Source of the DNA: Candidatus Latescibacterota bacterium
GTDB taxonomy: Bacteria > Latescibacterota > UBA2968 > GCA-2709665
Direction: 5' to 3'
NCBI GenBank assembly: GCA_965226795.1
Contig: CBDDDZ010000005.1
Span: 1,664,001-1,728,000, forward strand
DNA length: 64,000 nt
The notes under the pieces were generated by a model. It searched no databases. It saw only the letters and a program-made list of their open reading frames with translations, and was not told the DNA's origin. Made by a program: the position numbers and the translations under genes. This document shows, piece by piece, positions 40,801-51,643 of the stretch. Numbering within the stretch: the first letter of the stretch is position 1; the number at the start of each line of letters is the position of its first letter.

Positions 40801-41823
40801 CAGGCCCCGGCCCCTCAGCTGAACGTCCGCGTCGAACCGGGCGTCCAGCCCCCACCGGGGGCCGATTTTCGCCAGGTCGAACCCTGTCCCTATTGCCTTT
40901 ATGTCGTAAACGACGCCTTCGTGCGTAAATTCAACCAGACCGGAAAGAGCGCAGGTTGTCAGCCCGTAGTTGAATCTCAGGTCGAGGTTCATGCCGGAAG
41001 GATCGCCCCACACCCTGCCGCCTGCGGCCAGACTTCCATGTGGATAGGTCCCGGGCAGAACTCGACCTACTTCGTTAAACGCGAGAGAATCCGCACGCAG
41101 CACAAAATCGTAATCAGGTCTTGACAGCCCGGTCATCGTTCCGTCGATCCGGACGTGGGAACCCGGCGTCTGCAGCCGAAGCCCCTCAAGTGTCAGCCGC
41201 CCATCGGCAAGCAGGGTCAGCCCGGTCAGATCCCTGACGACCAGAGGAGGATCGAAGAGAAGGGACCGGAAACGGCGTAACGCAATTTCATATCCTGTCG
41301 GACCGGCCTGAAACCCCAGAACCGCATCCAGGCTGTCGACCCGGCCGGCTGGACCCAGGCGGCACCGGCCATCCACAATCTCCACGTGGCGGATGCGTAT
41401 TTCCCATTCCGGGCCCTCTTTCCACCACGCAGGGTCGGAAGCGGGCAACAGGCTAACGGCGGAGTCCGCGGCGACCGACCCGTTGGGGGCCAGAACCCTC
41501 GGGGCGACCAGGACGAGTCTATCCACAATCACAGTGCCCCTGAGCAACGCAGTCAGCCGATACCGGGCTTCCACCGCGTCCACGACCAGCAGCGGTTCCG
41601 GCTCCGCGCCAAGGCGCACGCGTTCCATCCGGAAACCCGTTAAGGGGTTACCACGCACGACGCCGATATCCACTACCATGCCAAGGTCCCGGGTGAGCCG
41701 CCGCTGCGCGTAGTCCTTCAGGTAGGGGTTCATCCGTCCCGACCCAATCGCCAGCAGAACGATCCCGGCTGCCACGACCACCACGGCCGCGAATAGAGCG
41801 GATATTTTAACAATACGTCTCAT
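37810..41823 (-). CDS. tamB: Translocation/assembly module TamB
   Basis: N-terminal TM anchor, long beta-taco repeats, C-terminal DUF490-like region (GKYFGSRFFVSY); follows tamA. Confidence 0.88.
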   Translation of the reverse strand: MRRIVKISALFAAVVVVAAGIVLLAIGSGRMNPYLKDYAQRRLTRDLGMVVDIGVVRGNPLTGFRMERVRLGAEPEPLLVVDAVEARYRLTALLRGTVIVDRLVLVAPRVLAPNGSVAADSAVSLLPASDPAWWKEGPEWEIRIRHVEIVDGRCRLGPAGRVDSLDAVLGFQAGPTGYEIALRRFRSLLFDPPLVVRDLTGLTLLADGRLTLEGLRLQTPGSHVRIDGTMTGLSRPDYDFVLRADSLAFNEVGRVLPGTYPHGSLAAGGRVWGDPSGMNLDLRFNYGLTTCALSGLVEFTHEGVVYDIKAIGTGFDLAKIGPRWGLDARFDADVQLRGRGLDPLTADVTISGGIARALFSGTVVDTADFAGSFSNGKLMMDVRAEGDAGALTARLEVDRRGAEPYYELRTRLEHLDLTRVSRNLPGVVDLTGEISLRRSGDGIWQGEAGFDIVNIKGLPPATGLALHGSFRKGIVNLDSIGVRLSDGYGVVRGHGRIDLGQFWNPDGRQPTYRAGVRVDGLALDRLLGRQDLLEDVSLQIGLNGEGFHPDSVKASADVMVEASRFLGGKLDSARVSVVQQGRRTIVDRLFLAGTRARIEGRGWVTPGDSLDIRANGQVIDFRAFDGIVGPGLSGTPASFVARIRGTWTKPFAAVDLLADSVNYSGVPIHGVKLGMTGLHLPRGDVEVRADSLVWGGRTVHDLSVDLGLNQDGISFILGSRPDEIDHLHLEGRVGWADPGYNLELDSLTVGVGGVSLSNDGASRVTYHPNDGVFVERFRLVGDGGAIQAQGHSRQADGVVVSLNDVDLKIWSGLPGMAGELSGMFTGKIALSGTLDDPRVKTELVFRKGAVAGVSLKEVSGTLAYRNKRATVDLRLVQSPGREAATKGQFPLNLSSDGWEDLFPQGPVNISLESDGVDLDFLPHVIPEVRNAEGVLAMKLNVTGTPRALRQNGWVRLRDGTARIAPLNKTFKNVEVELSFEGNGNVLGRLEAREGKGRLALSARAKLGENAMEGYDIAFQAEEFKVINLPELKATLNAELKLNGNAEGGRIEGKAGLTRAVLRLSNFIEYPTDVGWMTSPFFRNLSGDIRVSASRNVWIRDRDLNVEISGDVDLVKDQEGLRVYGSLDSRQGRYEFQNTSFAIHRGEINFRGSTDINPDLYIIATRRVRLVTNENAVISIVVGGTLLKPKISLESDAAERLSENDILSYLLIGRPADEMSGLMGGEGGDGNRLEGQAAVLVLGLAANQLKQTIGRRLNLDVVEIDLGMGSSATRVRAGKYFGSRFFVSYAQDVSEARGKEVVVEYELLPQVTLEAQQREGNEWERDRKSLGLFWKKEW

Positions 41824-41910
41824 CGTCCTCGAATTCGACTTGATTGACCGGCGCATTTTCCCATTGGTTGACATGTATGTGTCGTTTCAGCCGCGCACTT
41901 ATACGACAAG

Positions 41911-43692
41911 TCAAAACGCCTGTCCCAGGCTGAAATGTATTCGCCGTCGGGGCTCGATCGGATCTTCCGATAACCGGTACGCGACATCGAGCCGCAAAGG
42001 ACTTATAGGGTTCAAATAGCGCACGCCAGCGCCTGCCGCCAGCCGCAGGCGGCCTGGATCGAAGGCGCCGAACCGATCCGATCCCACGTTGCCCGCATCC
42101 ATAAATACGGCCACGCCAAACCCGGGCAGAAGCCGGGCGCGGAATTCGATGCTTCCATCCAGCACGCTCCTGCCGCCCTCCGGATCGCATTTTGCGTCCT
42201 TGGGGCCGAGCCTGTTCAGTTTCCATCCCCGCACGCTGTTGGCCCCACCAGCGAAAAATCGTTCGAAGTTGGGTATCGACTCAACGGTTCCTTCATTCAG
42301 GATCATCCCGCTCGAAACCCGCAGGGCCAGCACGCTCTTCCAAAACAGCTTCCGGTACCACCGACACTCGCCCGACACTTTGAGAAATTCTCTGTCACCC
42401 GACGCCTTTACCGCGAGTTCGGCCAACAGACCCCGCTGCGGGTCGAAAAAGTCGTCTCGTCTGTCTTCCAGGTATTCTACCGAAACCGTCGCGCGGGTGC
42501 TGTCCAACTCGAACTCGACGACTTCAGTCCTGGCCCGAAAAACGACTCGCCCGGTGGCGCGGAAAGTCCGTTCCAATGCCGCGCTGGCCCCCCCACGCTT
42601 TACCCGGACCTCCTCCGGTCGTTCCTGCTCCACAAACCCCGCCATATCCAGCCACGTCCTGCTCCCGAGTATGTATGGTTGCCGTACACCGATCTCTGCC
42701 CTGGCTTCCAGCGCCGACGCGGAAGACTCGATGGTCAACTGGCGCGCGCCGCCGCCCAGAAAACTCCGGTGCCGCCAGGCAAGCTGGCCCCTCAGCTGCT
42801 CCTCGGTATCGTAACCCGCTCCCAATTTCAGGCTCCGCGCGGGACGCTCCCTCACCTCGACGGTCACGTCCACCGGGCTCGCTTGAGCAACCGTGTCGGG
42901 GATGCCGAGTGAAACCGATCGAAATGCCTCCGACCGATAGAGTTGGAGCCGGCTGTTCGAGAGTTCCTTCTTCTGGTAGGCATCTCCTGCCCGAAAGGTC
43001 AGGCCTCGCAGAAGCAGACCTTTTGAAACCCTTCGATTGCCCTCGATTCGTACCTGCCCGAAACGGCACCTGGGTCCAGGCCTGACTCTAAACGTCACGT
43101 TTGCCCGCTTGCCATGTATCGACACCTCGGCCGCGACTTCGGCAAATGCATAACCGTCGTCCTGCAGCGTGTCCGAAATCAGTTTGAGGTCCGCCTCTCT
43201 CCCCATCCGTGTGAATGGCCGATCTCTCCTTGTGTTCAATGCTCGCCTGACCTGCATGCTGTCCTGCTCTACATCTGCTGGCAGCCCCTCAAGACGGACG
43301 CCACTAACCAGCACCGGCTCTCCTTCTTCGATACGGATACGAATTCGGACGAAACCGGGCCGCGACCTGTCGATTATCGTATCTGCGACAGCGTCGAAAT
43401 AGCCCGTGTCTGAGTAATGCGCCGTGATCCGCGCGACATCGGATCGAAACACGGACGGATCGAAACGCCGGTCGCTTACGCCGGGGAATATTTCGTACCA
43501 TGGGCTCGCCCGGGTAAACATCAGCAGCTTGAGATCCCGGGTGGATAGCACCCGATTTCCTTCGATCGCAACCACTTCGACGATAGCAGACTCCTTATCC
43601 TGTGCGGTGATGGTGAAGGGAACTCCGACAATGACGATGGCAGCCACAAACCTGAAAAGGATCAAATCTCTCCATCCTATCCAGTCGCTCAT
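41911..43692 (-). CDS. tamA: TamA/BamA-family Omp85 outer-membrane protein
   Basis: POTRA repeats, FFAGGANSVRGW, FMDAGN, C-terminal HFSLGQAF; start uncertain. Confidence 0.88.
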   Translation of the reverse strand: MSDWIGWRDLILFRFVAAIVIVGVPFTITAQDKESAIVEVVAIEGNRVLSTRDLKLLMFTRASPWYEIFPGVSDRRFDPSVFRSDVARITAHYSDTGYFDAVADTIIDRSRPGFVRIRIRIEEGEPVLVSGVRLEGLPADVEQDSMQVRRALNTRRDRPFTRMGREADLKLISDTLQDDGYAFAEVAAEVSIHGKRANVTFRVRPGPRCRFGQVRIEGNRRVSKGLLLRGLTFRAGDAYQKKELSNSRLQLYRSEAFRSVSLGIPDTVAQASPVDVTVEVRERPARSLKLGAGYDTEEQLRGQLAWRHRSFLGGGARQLTIESSASALEARAEIGVRQPYILGSRTWLDMAGFVEQERPEEVRVKRGGASAALERTFRATGRVVFRARTEVVEFELDSTRATVSVEYLEDRRDDFFDPQRGLLAELAVKASGDREFLKVSGECRWYRKLFWKSVLALRVSSGMILNEGTVESIPNFERFFAGGANSVRGWKLNRLGPKDAKCDPEGGRSVLDGSIEFRARLLPGFGVAVFMDAGNVGSDRFGAFDPGRLRLAAGAGVRYLNPISPLRLDVAYRLSEDPIEPRRRIHFSLGQAF

Positions 43693-43959
43693 CGGGAATG
43701 GACCATCGCTCGACCGATGACCCATTTTGATGCAGCGACGTCCGTGGCCGCTCTCGCGCGCCGTCTCTGGAAAACCCGTCTGACGTTGCGACCCTGCCGT
43801 TCCTCGGCACTTCCTTTGACGCTCGCCAGTCCTGCCGGTTTCAGTTCTCCGCGAAGCGGAAGATATGTATCCGGTCTTCGGGCACAAGGGATTTCTGTCA
43901 CGCCAACAACCCGGCCCGGGGCCCATAAGCGTTTTTCGAAGCCCCTCCGACAACAACGG

Positions 43960-43997
43960 TCAGGCCCCTTTATCCGTTTTTGGATAAAGGGGCCTGA
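43960..43997. terminator. 16-bp perfect hairpin downstream of clpB
   Basis: TCAGGCCCCTTTATCC-GTTTTT-GGATAAAGGGGCCTGA. Confidence 0.65.
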
Positions 43998-44020
43998 AGA
44001 GACAGTGCCGTGAAGAGGCC

Positions 44021-46651
44021 TCACCCGCTCTTAAGAGGCGCCTCGACCGGCCGATTCTCGTGGTGGAGGGTAAACTCACCGTTGTTTAAATCAACCCGTA
44101 TCCGCGCGCCGTCGAGGATATCGCCGCCAATGAGACCTCGGCCGATTCGAGTCTCCAATTCCCGTTGTAAGAAACGCTTTAGCGGGCGCGCGCCATAGAC
44201 CGGATCGAAACCCTCGCGCGCGGCGAATTCCCTGGCGGGGCCGGCGATCTCAAGGTCGATCCCCCGGTCTCCGAGGCGCCTTCGGAGATCCGCGGTCAAC
44301 AGATCCACGATCTTTGCGATTTCAGCCTGCGTCAAAAATTTAAATAAAACGATATCGTCAACGCGGTTGAGGAATTCCCGCCGGAAATGCCGCCGCATTT
44401 CGTCCAAGACCGCCAGACGGGCATATTCGCTGATGTCCCCGGTCGGCCCCACGCCCTCCAGCATGTGAGCCGACCCGATGTTGGAAGTCATGATAATCAC
44501 GGCATTCTTGAAGTCCACCGTCCGCCCCTGGGCGTCGGTCAACCGCCCGTCGTCGAGGATTTGCAGCAACGCATTGAACACGTCGTGGTGGGCCTTCTCG
44601 ATTTCGTCGAATAGAATCACCGAGTAGGGCTTCCGGCGGACCGCCTCGGTCAACTGACCACCGTCCTCGTAGCCCACATATCCGGGAGGCGCGCCGACCA
44701 GCCGTGAGACCGTGTGGCGTTCCATATATTCGCTCATGTCGATGCGAACCATATTTTCCTCGGAGTCGAACAACGCCTCTGCCAGGGCCCTGGCCAGTTC
44801 GGTCTTGCCGACACCCGTGGGCCCCAGGAAGATGAACGAGCCAATCGGCCGGCGCGGATCCTTAACCCCCGCCCGGGCCCGGATCACGGCGTCGGCTACC
44901 AGCGACACGGCCTCGTCCTGACCCACGACGCGCTTATGCAGAATCTCGTCCAAACGAAGGAGCTTCTCCCGCTCTCCCTCCATCAGGCGCGTCACGGGAA
45001 TCCCGGTCCAGCGACAGACGATCTCCGCGATCTCGTCTCCGGTCACCTCTTCCCGCAGCAGCCAGCCGTTCCCCGGCGACCGCGCCTCCTCTGCCGCCAG
45101 CTTTCGCTCCAGTTCCGGCAGCCGCCCGTGACTCAACTCCGCCAGCCGGTCCAGATCGTACTTTCGTTCGGCGTCTTCGATCTCACGCCGAACCGCTTCG
45201 ATCTGTTCGCGAACCTTCCGAACCTTATCGATCACTTCCTTCTCGGATTCCCATTGAGCGCGCATTGCGTCGGCCTGCGCTTTCAGATCAGCCAAACCCT
45301 TACGAAGGTCTTTCAGCCTCTGTGCGCTACCCTGATCCGTCTCTTTCTTCAGCGCCGCCTCTTCGATCTCCAGCCGCATGACCCTGCGGGTTACCTCGTC
45401 CAGCCCCGCCGGCATGGAATCGATCTCCGTCCGGATCATCGCGCAGGCCTCATCCACGAGGTCGATCGCCTTGTCGGGCAGAAACCGGTCCGATATGTAT
45501 CGGTTGGAGAGCACGGCCGCGCTTACAAGGGCGTTGTCCTGTATGCGTACCCCGTGGTGTAACTCGTACCTTTCTCGAAAACCCCTGAGAATCGAAATTG
45601 TGTCCTCCACCGAGGGCGCATCCACCGTGACGGGCTGAAACCGTCGCTCCAGGGCGGCGTCCTTCTCGATAGATTTTCGGTATTCGTCCAGCGTTGTCGC
45701 CCCGATACAGTGCAGTTCCCCCCGCGCCAGCATCGGCTTCAGCATATTTCCCGCGTCCGCGGACCCTTCCGTACGTCCGGCGCCGACGATATTGTGGACC
45801 TCGTCGATAAACAACAGAATTCGGCCGTCGCTTTGCGCAATCTCGTTCAAGACGGCCTTGAGCCGCTCCTCGAACTCGCCGCGAAATTTCGCGCCTGCCA
45901 GCAACGCCCCCATGTCGAGGGAAAACACCGTACGCTCCTTCATCCACTCGGGCACGTCTCCCCTCACGATACGTTGTGCGAGTCCTTCAACAACAGCCGT
46001 CTTCCCGACCCCCGGCTCCCCGATCAGGACCGGGTTGTTCTTTGTCTTTCGAGACAGGATGCGCACAACCCTTCTGATTTCCGCGTCACGCCCGATCACC
46101 GGGTCCAGCCTGCCCGCGCGCGCCTGTGAGACCAGATCCACACCGTACTTCTCGAGCGCTTCGTAGGTGCCCTCGGGTTCGGGGTTGGTCACCCTCTGTT
46201 TGCCGCGGACTCCGGTGAGCGCATTCAGAAACCCCTTTCTTGTGGCCCCGGACTCGTGCAGAATCAGTCCCGATTGCGTACCGGTTCCCTCGCCCAGCAA
46301 CGCCAGCGCCAGGTGTTCCACGGAAACGTACTCATCCTGCATCCGCTTTGCCTCTTCTTCGGCCTGCTGCAGTAACTTCTGGAGGCGCGCCGTTACGTAC
46401 ATCTTTCCGGGTTCCGAACTCCCTCCGGTCTGCCGGGGTCTCCGGTCGAGTTCCAGACCTACCTGTGATTTCAGGGCTTCCGCGTCGACGTTCATCCGCG
46501 CCAGAATTCGCGGGATAAGACCGTCGGGCTGCTCAAGTAGCGCCAGGAGTAGATGCTCGCCGTCCAACTCCGGGTGCCCGTACCGGGACACGCTGGCCTG
46601 TGCGTCCTGAAGCGCCTCCTGCGATTTCTGTGTGAGTCTATTCATGTCCAT
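44021..46651 (-). CDS. clpB: ATP-dependent chaperone ClpB
   Basis: Clp N domain, GEPGVGKT, long coiled-coil middle domain, [22 protein letters not shown]. Confidence 0.97.
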   Translation of the reverse strand: MDMNRLTQKSQEALQDAQASVSRYGHPELDGEHLLLALLEQPDGLIPRILARMNVDAEALKSQVGLELDRRPRQTGGSSEPGKMYVTARLQKLLQQAEEEAKRMQDEYVSVEHLALALLGEGTGTQSGLILHESGATRKGFLNALTGVRGKQRVTNPEPEGTYEALEKYGVDLVSQARAGRLDPVIGRDAEIRRVVRILSRKTKNNPVLIGEPGVGKTAVVEGLAQRIVRGDVPEWMKERTVFSLDMGALLAGAKFRGEFEERLKAVLNEIAQSDGRILLFIDEVHNIVGAGRTEGSADAGNMLKPMLARGELHCIGATTLDEYRKSIEKDAALERRFQPVTVDAPSVEDTISILRGFRERYELHHGVRIQDNALVSAAVLSNRYISDRFLPDKAIDLVDEACAMIRTEIDSMPAGLDEVTRRVMRLEIEEAALKKETDQGSAQRLKDLRKGLADLKAQADAMRAQWESEKEVIDKVRKVREQIEAVRREIEDAERKYDLDRLAELSHGRLPELERKLAAEEARSPGNGWLLREEVTGDEIAEIVCRWTGIPVTRLMEGEREKLLRLDEILHKRVVGQDEAVSLVADAVIRARAGVKDPRRPIGSFIFLGPTGVGKTELARALAEALFDSEENMVRIDMSEYMERHTVSRLVGAPPGYVGYEDGGQLTEAVRRKPYSVILFDEIEKAHHDVFNALLQILDDGRLTDAQGRTVDFKNAVIIMTSNIGSAHMLEGVGPTGDISEYARLAVLDEMRRHFRREFLNRVDDIVLFKFLTQAEIAKIVDLLTADLRRRLGDRGIDLEIAGPAREFAAREGFDPVYGARPLKRFLQRELETRIGRGLIGGDILDGARIRVDLNNGEFTLHHENRPVEAPLKSG

Positions 46652-46867
46652 TCCGGACCTCCTTTCTTTTCCGTTCCCGAAACCCGTAACCGCACCCGGC
46701 ATGCCACCGAAAGGTGTCTTCGTTCATTCGCTCGTTGCAGCTGATCGTCCGCAACTCCGAAGCGCGTCAGATTTCCGCGAACCGGCCCGTTGACTTGGAA
46801 AACACGCGCGCTGCCGTCCTTCTTAGCCGGTCGCCGCAACTTTCACGCCTCCCCCGCTTCATACACA

Positions 46868-46883
46868 TGCAATGACCGTGCCA
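46868..46883 (-). promoter_or_regulatory. Sigma-54 (-24/-12) promoter upstream of clpB
   Basis: Minus strand TGGCACG-GTCA-TTGCA, a full consensus match oriented toward clpB. Confidence 0.75.
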
Positions 46884-47138
46884 GCATTGCGATTGGATGA
46901 AGGATCTGAACAAGAACAATAAAACAGACCTGTAAATTAACGATGCATGTATCAATCACCCCGCGCCTTCGCCCACCGTGAACCGTCCTATTGGGTGGTC
47001 GACTCCGCGTGAATATCCGCACGTCTGCATGTATTGCTGGTCCTGCGGACGTCATTCGCGGTTGAATTCAGACCCGAGATCGCGTATCTTTGCGAATCGC
47101 CCGTACCCCGCCATCCATTTCGTACCGAGGAACGCCCG

Positions 47139-47972
47139 ATGCATTCCGACGCCGATGCCCTGGCCGTATTCGCTCCAGATCTCTTCACTGGGAAAACCGC
47201 GCTGGTAACAGGCGGAGGACGGGGCATCGGCAAACGCATCGCCCTAGCGTTCGCGCGGCTGGGGGCGCAAATTGTGATCGCAGGCCGAAATCCCGGACCT
47301 CTCACGTCCACCTCCGAGGAGATTGCCGGAATTGGCGCCCGATGCCTGGCCCTTCCCGTGAATATCCGGGAGGTCGGACAGGTTGAAGAACTGGTCTCCA
47401 GGGCGCTGTGCGAATTCGGCGCCATCGACTTTCTGGTCAACAACGCGGGAGGCCAGTTCCCCGCGCGTCCGTCGGAGATTACCGATGGGGGCTGGCGGGC
47501 GGTCGTGGATCTCAACCTCAACGGTACCTGGAACATGTGCAGCCGCATCGGTCCCCACATGGCCAGAAACGGTTACGGATCGATCGTTAACATCGTACAT
47601 ATATACGCACTCGAGCGGGGCGCACCGCCCTTTGCCCACTCCGGCGCCGCGCGGGCGGGCGTGGTCAACCTGACAAAGACCTTGGGCTACCATTATGCCG
47701 GCCGCAGAGTGAGGGTCAACGCCCTCGCGCCGGGCTTTGTGGACACCTCCGGCCTCCGGGAGCACGAATTCAAGCCCCTCCAGCGCGAAGACTTCGAATC
47801 AATGGCCCTCCGGGACGTCCCTGCAGGCCGGTTCGCGGACCCGGACGAGGTAGCGGCCGTCACACTATTCCTGTGTTCTCCGGCCGCCGCATATATCACA
47901 GGTACGACGATTGTCGCCGACGGCGCGCTGTCTTTAGGCAACTGGACGCCCTGGATGGATCCCGAGCCGTAG
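47139..47972 (+). CDS. SDR oxidoreductase (dienoyl/enoyl-CoA reductase-like subgroup)
   Basis: TGGGRGIG, NNAGGQF, HSGAARAG in place of YxxxK, NALAPG. Confidence 0.9.
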   Translation: MHSDADALAVFAPDLFTGKTALVTGGGRGIGKRIALAFARLGAQIVIAGRNPGPLTSTSEEIAGIGARCLALPVNIREVGQVEELVSRALCEFGAIDFLVNNAGGQFPARPSEITDGGWRAVVDLNLNGTWNMCSRIGPHMARNGYGSIVNIVHIYALERGAPPFAHSGAARAGVVNLTKTLGYHYAGRRVRVNALAPGFVDTSGLREHEFKPLQREDFESMALRDVPAGRFADPDEVAAVTLFLCSPAAAYITGTTIVADGALSLGNWTPWMDPEP

Positions 47973-47986
47973 CGGTTACCAGGAGT

Positions 47987-48029
47987 AACAAACAACGAGG
48001 CCGGGGGTTTCCCGGCCTCGTTGTTTGTT
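47987..48029. terminator. Intrinsic terminator hairpin
   Basis: AACAAACAACGAGGCCGGG-GGTTT-CCCGGCCTCGTTGTTTGTT right after the SDR stop. Confidence 0.8.
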
Positions 48030-48223
48030 CGGTTCCTGTGCTCTTGTTATACGATTTCAATCGCTAATGACATGGCGACTTCCGTGTTCGCCATCCACGG
48101 GCACATAAACAACAAGTCGTTAATTTCAAATATCTTATGTTACAATTAAAAAACACGTATCGAGAGGAAATCCAGGGCGGCTTCGAGAGAGGATAGAATG
48201 CGCCAATTTGGCATAAAATGGCC

Positions 48224-48268
48224 GCTATTATTCGATATACGCCAAATTGGCGTATATCGAATAATAGC
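48224..48268. repeat. Perfect 22-bp inverted repeat with 1-nt spacer
   Basis: GCTATTATTCGATATACGCCAA-A-TTGGCGTATATCGAATAATAGC. Confidence 0.95.
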
Positions 48269-48304
48269 CCGCGCGGACTCCGTCTCAGCCCGCCACACCG
48301 GACT

Positions 48305-49111
48305 TCAATATCCGATCCGACGCAAAAACGTATATGTCTTCCGGCTTCGCCTGGCCTCGCTGATCGGGTCATCTGCGCCTGGTATAGGGTTTCCCGGGCA
48401 ACTCGTTACCCATCGGGTGAAACCGATCTCCACCAGCGCCTTTCGAATCGCCGCAAAATCCAGATCCGGCCCTTCGCCCACGTCGCACCAGACCGGATCG
48501 TAACGGCCGCTTTCGTCACATGAGGTGGACGTATAATCCTGAAGGTGCATGTAATTCAACCGGCTCCGGAAGTCTCGTATCGAATCGGCGGGATCGTATC
48601 CCCATAGCCTGGCGTGGGACACGTCGATACACAGCTTCGCCTTGCGAAGCCGCCCCGAGTAGAATTTCCAGTCCGCCACGGAATCCACGAGCGTATTGGT
48701 GTGAATGTGGTAGCTGATTTCCAGCCCCAGCGTCTCCGCATATTCCGCCCACGTTTCCGCGCCTTCGGCCGCCGCCGTCAGGTCGTCCTCCGTCACCGGC
48801 CGGGCGGCCGGTTTGCCGCCGCTCATGAACATGAAACAGTCGGCCCCCACTTCCGCGGCGTATTCCATCCGGCGTCGATTGCGCTCCACGTGCGCCCAAT
48901 TGCGTACATCCGGTGATCCACTGGCGGTATACACTGCCATCGGCAATCCGGCGTTTTCGCAAACGCGCCGCAGCCGGGAAGGGGACCCCAGCCAGTCCGT
49001 CGACATCCGCCCCTCCCAGCCCTCCCATCCGGCCTTTTTCAACGCTTCCAGTGCCGGTTCCAGATCCGGCTCCTGCCATCTGAGTGTACTGTATCCCAGC
49101 TTGAATTCCAT
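48305..49111 (-). CDS. Sugar phosphate isomerase/epimerase (IolE-like TIM barrel)
   Basis: SYHIH, CIDVSH, YMHLQD, DVGEG..LDF. Confidence 0.85.
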   Translation of the reverse strand: MEFKLGYSTLRWQEPDLEPALEALKKAGWEGWEGRMSTDWLGSPSRLRRVCENAGLPMAVYTASGSPDVRNWAHVERNRRRMEYAAEVGADCFMFMSGGKPAARPVTEDDLTAAAEGAETWAEYAETLGLEISYHIHTNTLVDSVADWKFYSGRLRKAKLCIDVSHARLWGYDPADSIRDFRSRLNYMHLQDYTSTSCDESGRYDPVWCDVGEGPDLDFAAIRKALVEIGFTRWVTSCPGNPIPGADDPISEARRSRKTYTFLRRIGY

Positions 49112-49150
49112 GTGTCCCTCCGTCTGCCTGTAACTGAGGGCGGCGCGGGC

Positions 49151-51643
49151 TCAACGTATCCGCCGCCTCAACTCCTCCTGGGCCTGGCGAAACAGCGCGA
49201 TCAGCCGCGCACGCGTTTTTTCGTCACGGAATACGCCGATTTTCTCCGCCCAGGCGATGCCGCCCTCCATATGGGTCAGCAGGTATTCGCCTTCCGTGGG
49301 TTCAAACGCGCATCGCTTTCCCACGTCGATGTAAACCGGCGATGAATGGGCCATCACCGGACCCGCGTCCGTTGCGTACTCACCCCAGCACCGGGCCGCC
49401 ACCCAGCACGACTCTCCGACTTTCAAGTCGAACTTTACAGTCACGGCCCGACGGTCGCCGTCCGCATCCTGCCTGGCTACGCGCTTCCCGTTGACGATCA
49501 GTTCCACCGCGGTCAGCGGCCACACGCTCTCCGCATTGGCGACCGCCTCCACGGTCCCCCCATTCCCCGGCAACGCGATCTCCCCGCCCATCGGGATGCC
49601 GTCGACGCACAGATCGATCATGGCGCCGGTACTGGCGAATGTCGTCCCGCGCTTTACAGCTTTACACCAATTGTCAAACGTAAACACTTCGCCGCGTTCA
49701 AGTTTCGCGTAAGTTCGGGAGCCGCCCAGGATGCGACCGTTCGACATCTTATCCGTCCCGCCCACGATGGGAAGCTTCTGACCCGTGTTCAGCCAGCGGT
49801 AATACCCGCGTTCTCCGGCACCGATCCGTTCACCCTGCCAGATCCAGCACATTTCCGCGGCGTCGGCCTGGCCAAGCACGATATTGGCGGCATTCTCGAA
49901 ATCGGGCGTGGGCATATGCGGCATAATCACAAGTCCGCCCTGCCGCCGGCAGGCTTCCGCCCAATCCGCCATCAGGACCTGGATCTCACCGCCAATCCAA
50001 TCCTCCTGAGGGCCGCCGGTACACATTGGCGCCACCATTTCCTTCAGACCCAACAGGCTGATGTGCCCCAGCACATGCTGCCGGTTTTCCTGACTCACCC
50101 AGATCTTGTGGTGCTCGCTGCTCGTTGGCGCCAGACCTCCCGTAAACTCCTCCCAACTGGTAAACAGGCGGCCCCACTGGCTGGCGAGAAGGTTCACCAC
50201 GTTCAGGTCTTCACCTGCCGCCTCGAGATGGGCGGATTGTGACGACAGAAAGTGCACGTGGGTGTCGCCAGAATAGAAACCACGGTCTTTCATGTCAAAT
50301 GCACGTTCAATTTCCAGTGAGAGATCCCGCTGGCCCGGTTTGATTTCCACCAGCTTCCGCACGGGAACATACTCGAATCCGCGCGCCACCTCTACGTAAA
50401 CCGGTCCCACCGGAAGTTCGACCTGGCAGGTACCGTCAACGTATGCATAAGGGGTACCATGCACCTTGCAGTCGCCCCCCATATCCTCGAACCAAGCGGT
50501 ATTCACGTCGGCCTGATGGCCATGCGGCGCGAAATAAGCGCCTTGAGGAGATCGGAAATGGATCCGGCATCCCACCGGCCGGCCGGCTTCCGCGTCGTTT
50601 ACCCTTACATGTACCCACTGCTTGCCGGCAGGCGCGACCACGGCAACGCGAGTGCCGCCGCGCTGCACAGTTTTTCTCTCCAGTACGTCCCCCCACCTGA
50701 ACGCCTCGTCGGACTCCCCGCACCGGATGCTCAGCCGTCCTTCCGGAGACCCATGGATTTCCAGATAACGCCCCTTCCGAAACGCCTGTCCGCCGCCGCC
50801 CCACCCCGCCTCATCCGAATCCAGGTAATCCTCACCGGGCGAGTAGAGACAATCCTGCCGCGCGATCACACCTCGATCCATGTCTACTGCGACCTCGTCC
50901 TCGCTCTCGGTCGAAACGGCGACCTCACTGCGCGGATGCCACGCAAGCGGGTCGTTTTCCTCCTAGCAGAGGGTGATTCCACCCAGAGCCAGCGCGGCTT
51001 CGCCGGACGCCACCACCTCAATTGTCCGAATGGCCTTCTCGGGATGCGGATTGACCCAGTCGTACAGCCACCAACCCGTCAGATCGCTGCTTTCTGACCT
51101 GACACCCACCTGCGCCGCGCCATACGGTAAAGTCCGGTCGTCCAGGGTCAGAGGGAGAAACTCGCGGCAATTCCGGCAAAGGAAGGGATGGTGGCCCCAC
51201 GGAACGAAAAGGTCGTGAATCTCGAACCGCCGCCTGAGTTCCTGTTCGACTCCCTGTCCCGAGTCATAGCCGATCCGGTATCTTCCGACGGCTTCTCCGG
51301 TCCCTTCCAGACTGGCCTCCATCCCTTCAACGGGCGTACAGACATGGGCAAACAGCACGCGACGCGCCTTCCGGCCAACGGCAATGGAGACCGACCCGGC
51401 GACCCGCTCATCCAGCCGCCCTGAAACCACGACAAACGTCGGCCTACCGGGATTTTTTTCGCGGTCCGTTAGCGCGAACGGAACGCCCCAAAATCGGGTA
51501 TTACCGCCTGGAAGACGGTCCAGCCCACTGAGCCCCGGTCTTCCCGGCGCGGCGGGCCAGAGGTAACCATCCGCGGTCTCGATATTCTCCGTTCCGGCGT
51601 TCAAATACGCCCTCAGATCCAGTGATTGAAACACGCCCGACAT
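49151..51643 (-). pseudogene. CehA/McbA-family metallohydrolase interrupted by one in-frame TAG (pseudogene, base error or readthrough)
   Basis: ORFs 50963..51670 and 49151..50881 share a frame, separated only by TAG at 50965-50963. Read through, the gene has 830 codons and is collinear with the 833-aa paralogue at 54666..57167. Confidence 0.8.

Noticed and set aside
46651..47000. CIRCE or CtsR operator upstream of clpB
   Set aside because: No TTAGCACTC-N9-GAGTGCTAA and no CtsR heptad repeats found.
48118..48145. Possible dif site (TTATGTTACAA resembles the XerD arm)
   Set aside because: The matching XerC arm position reads CGTTAATTTCA and lacks the expected ...ATAA half-site.
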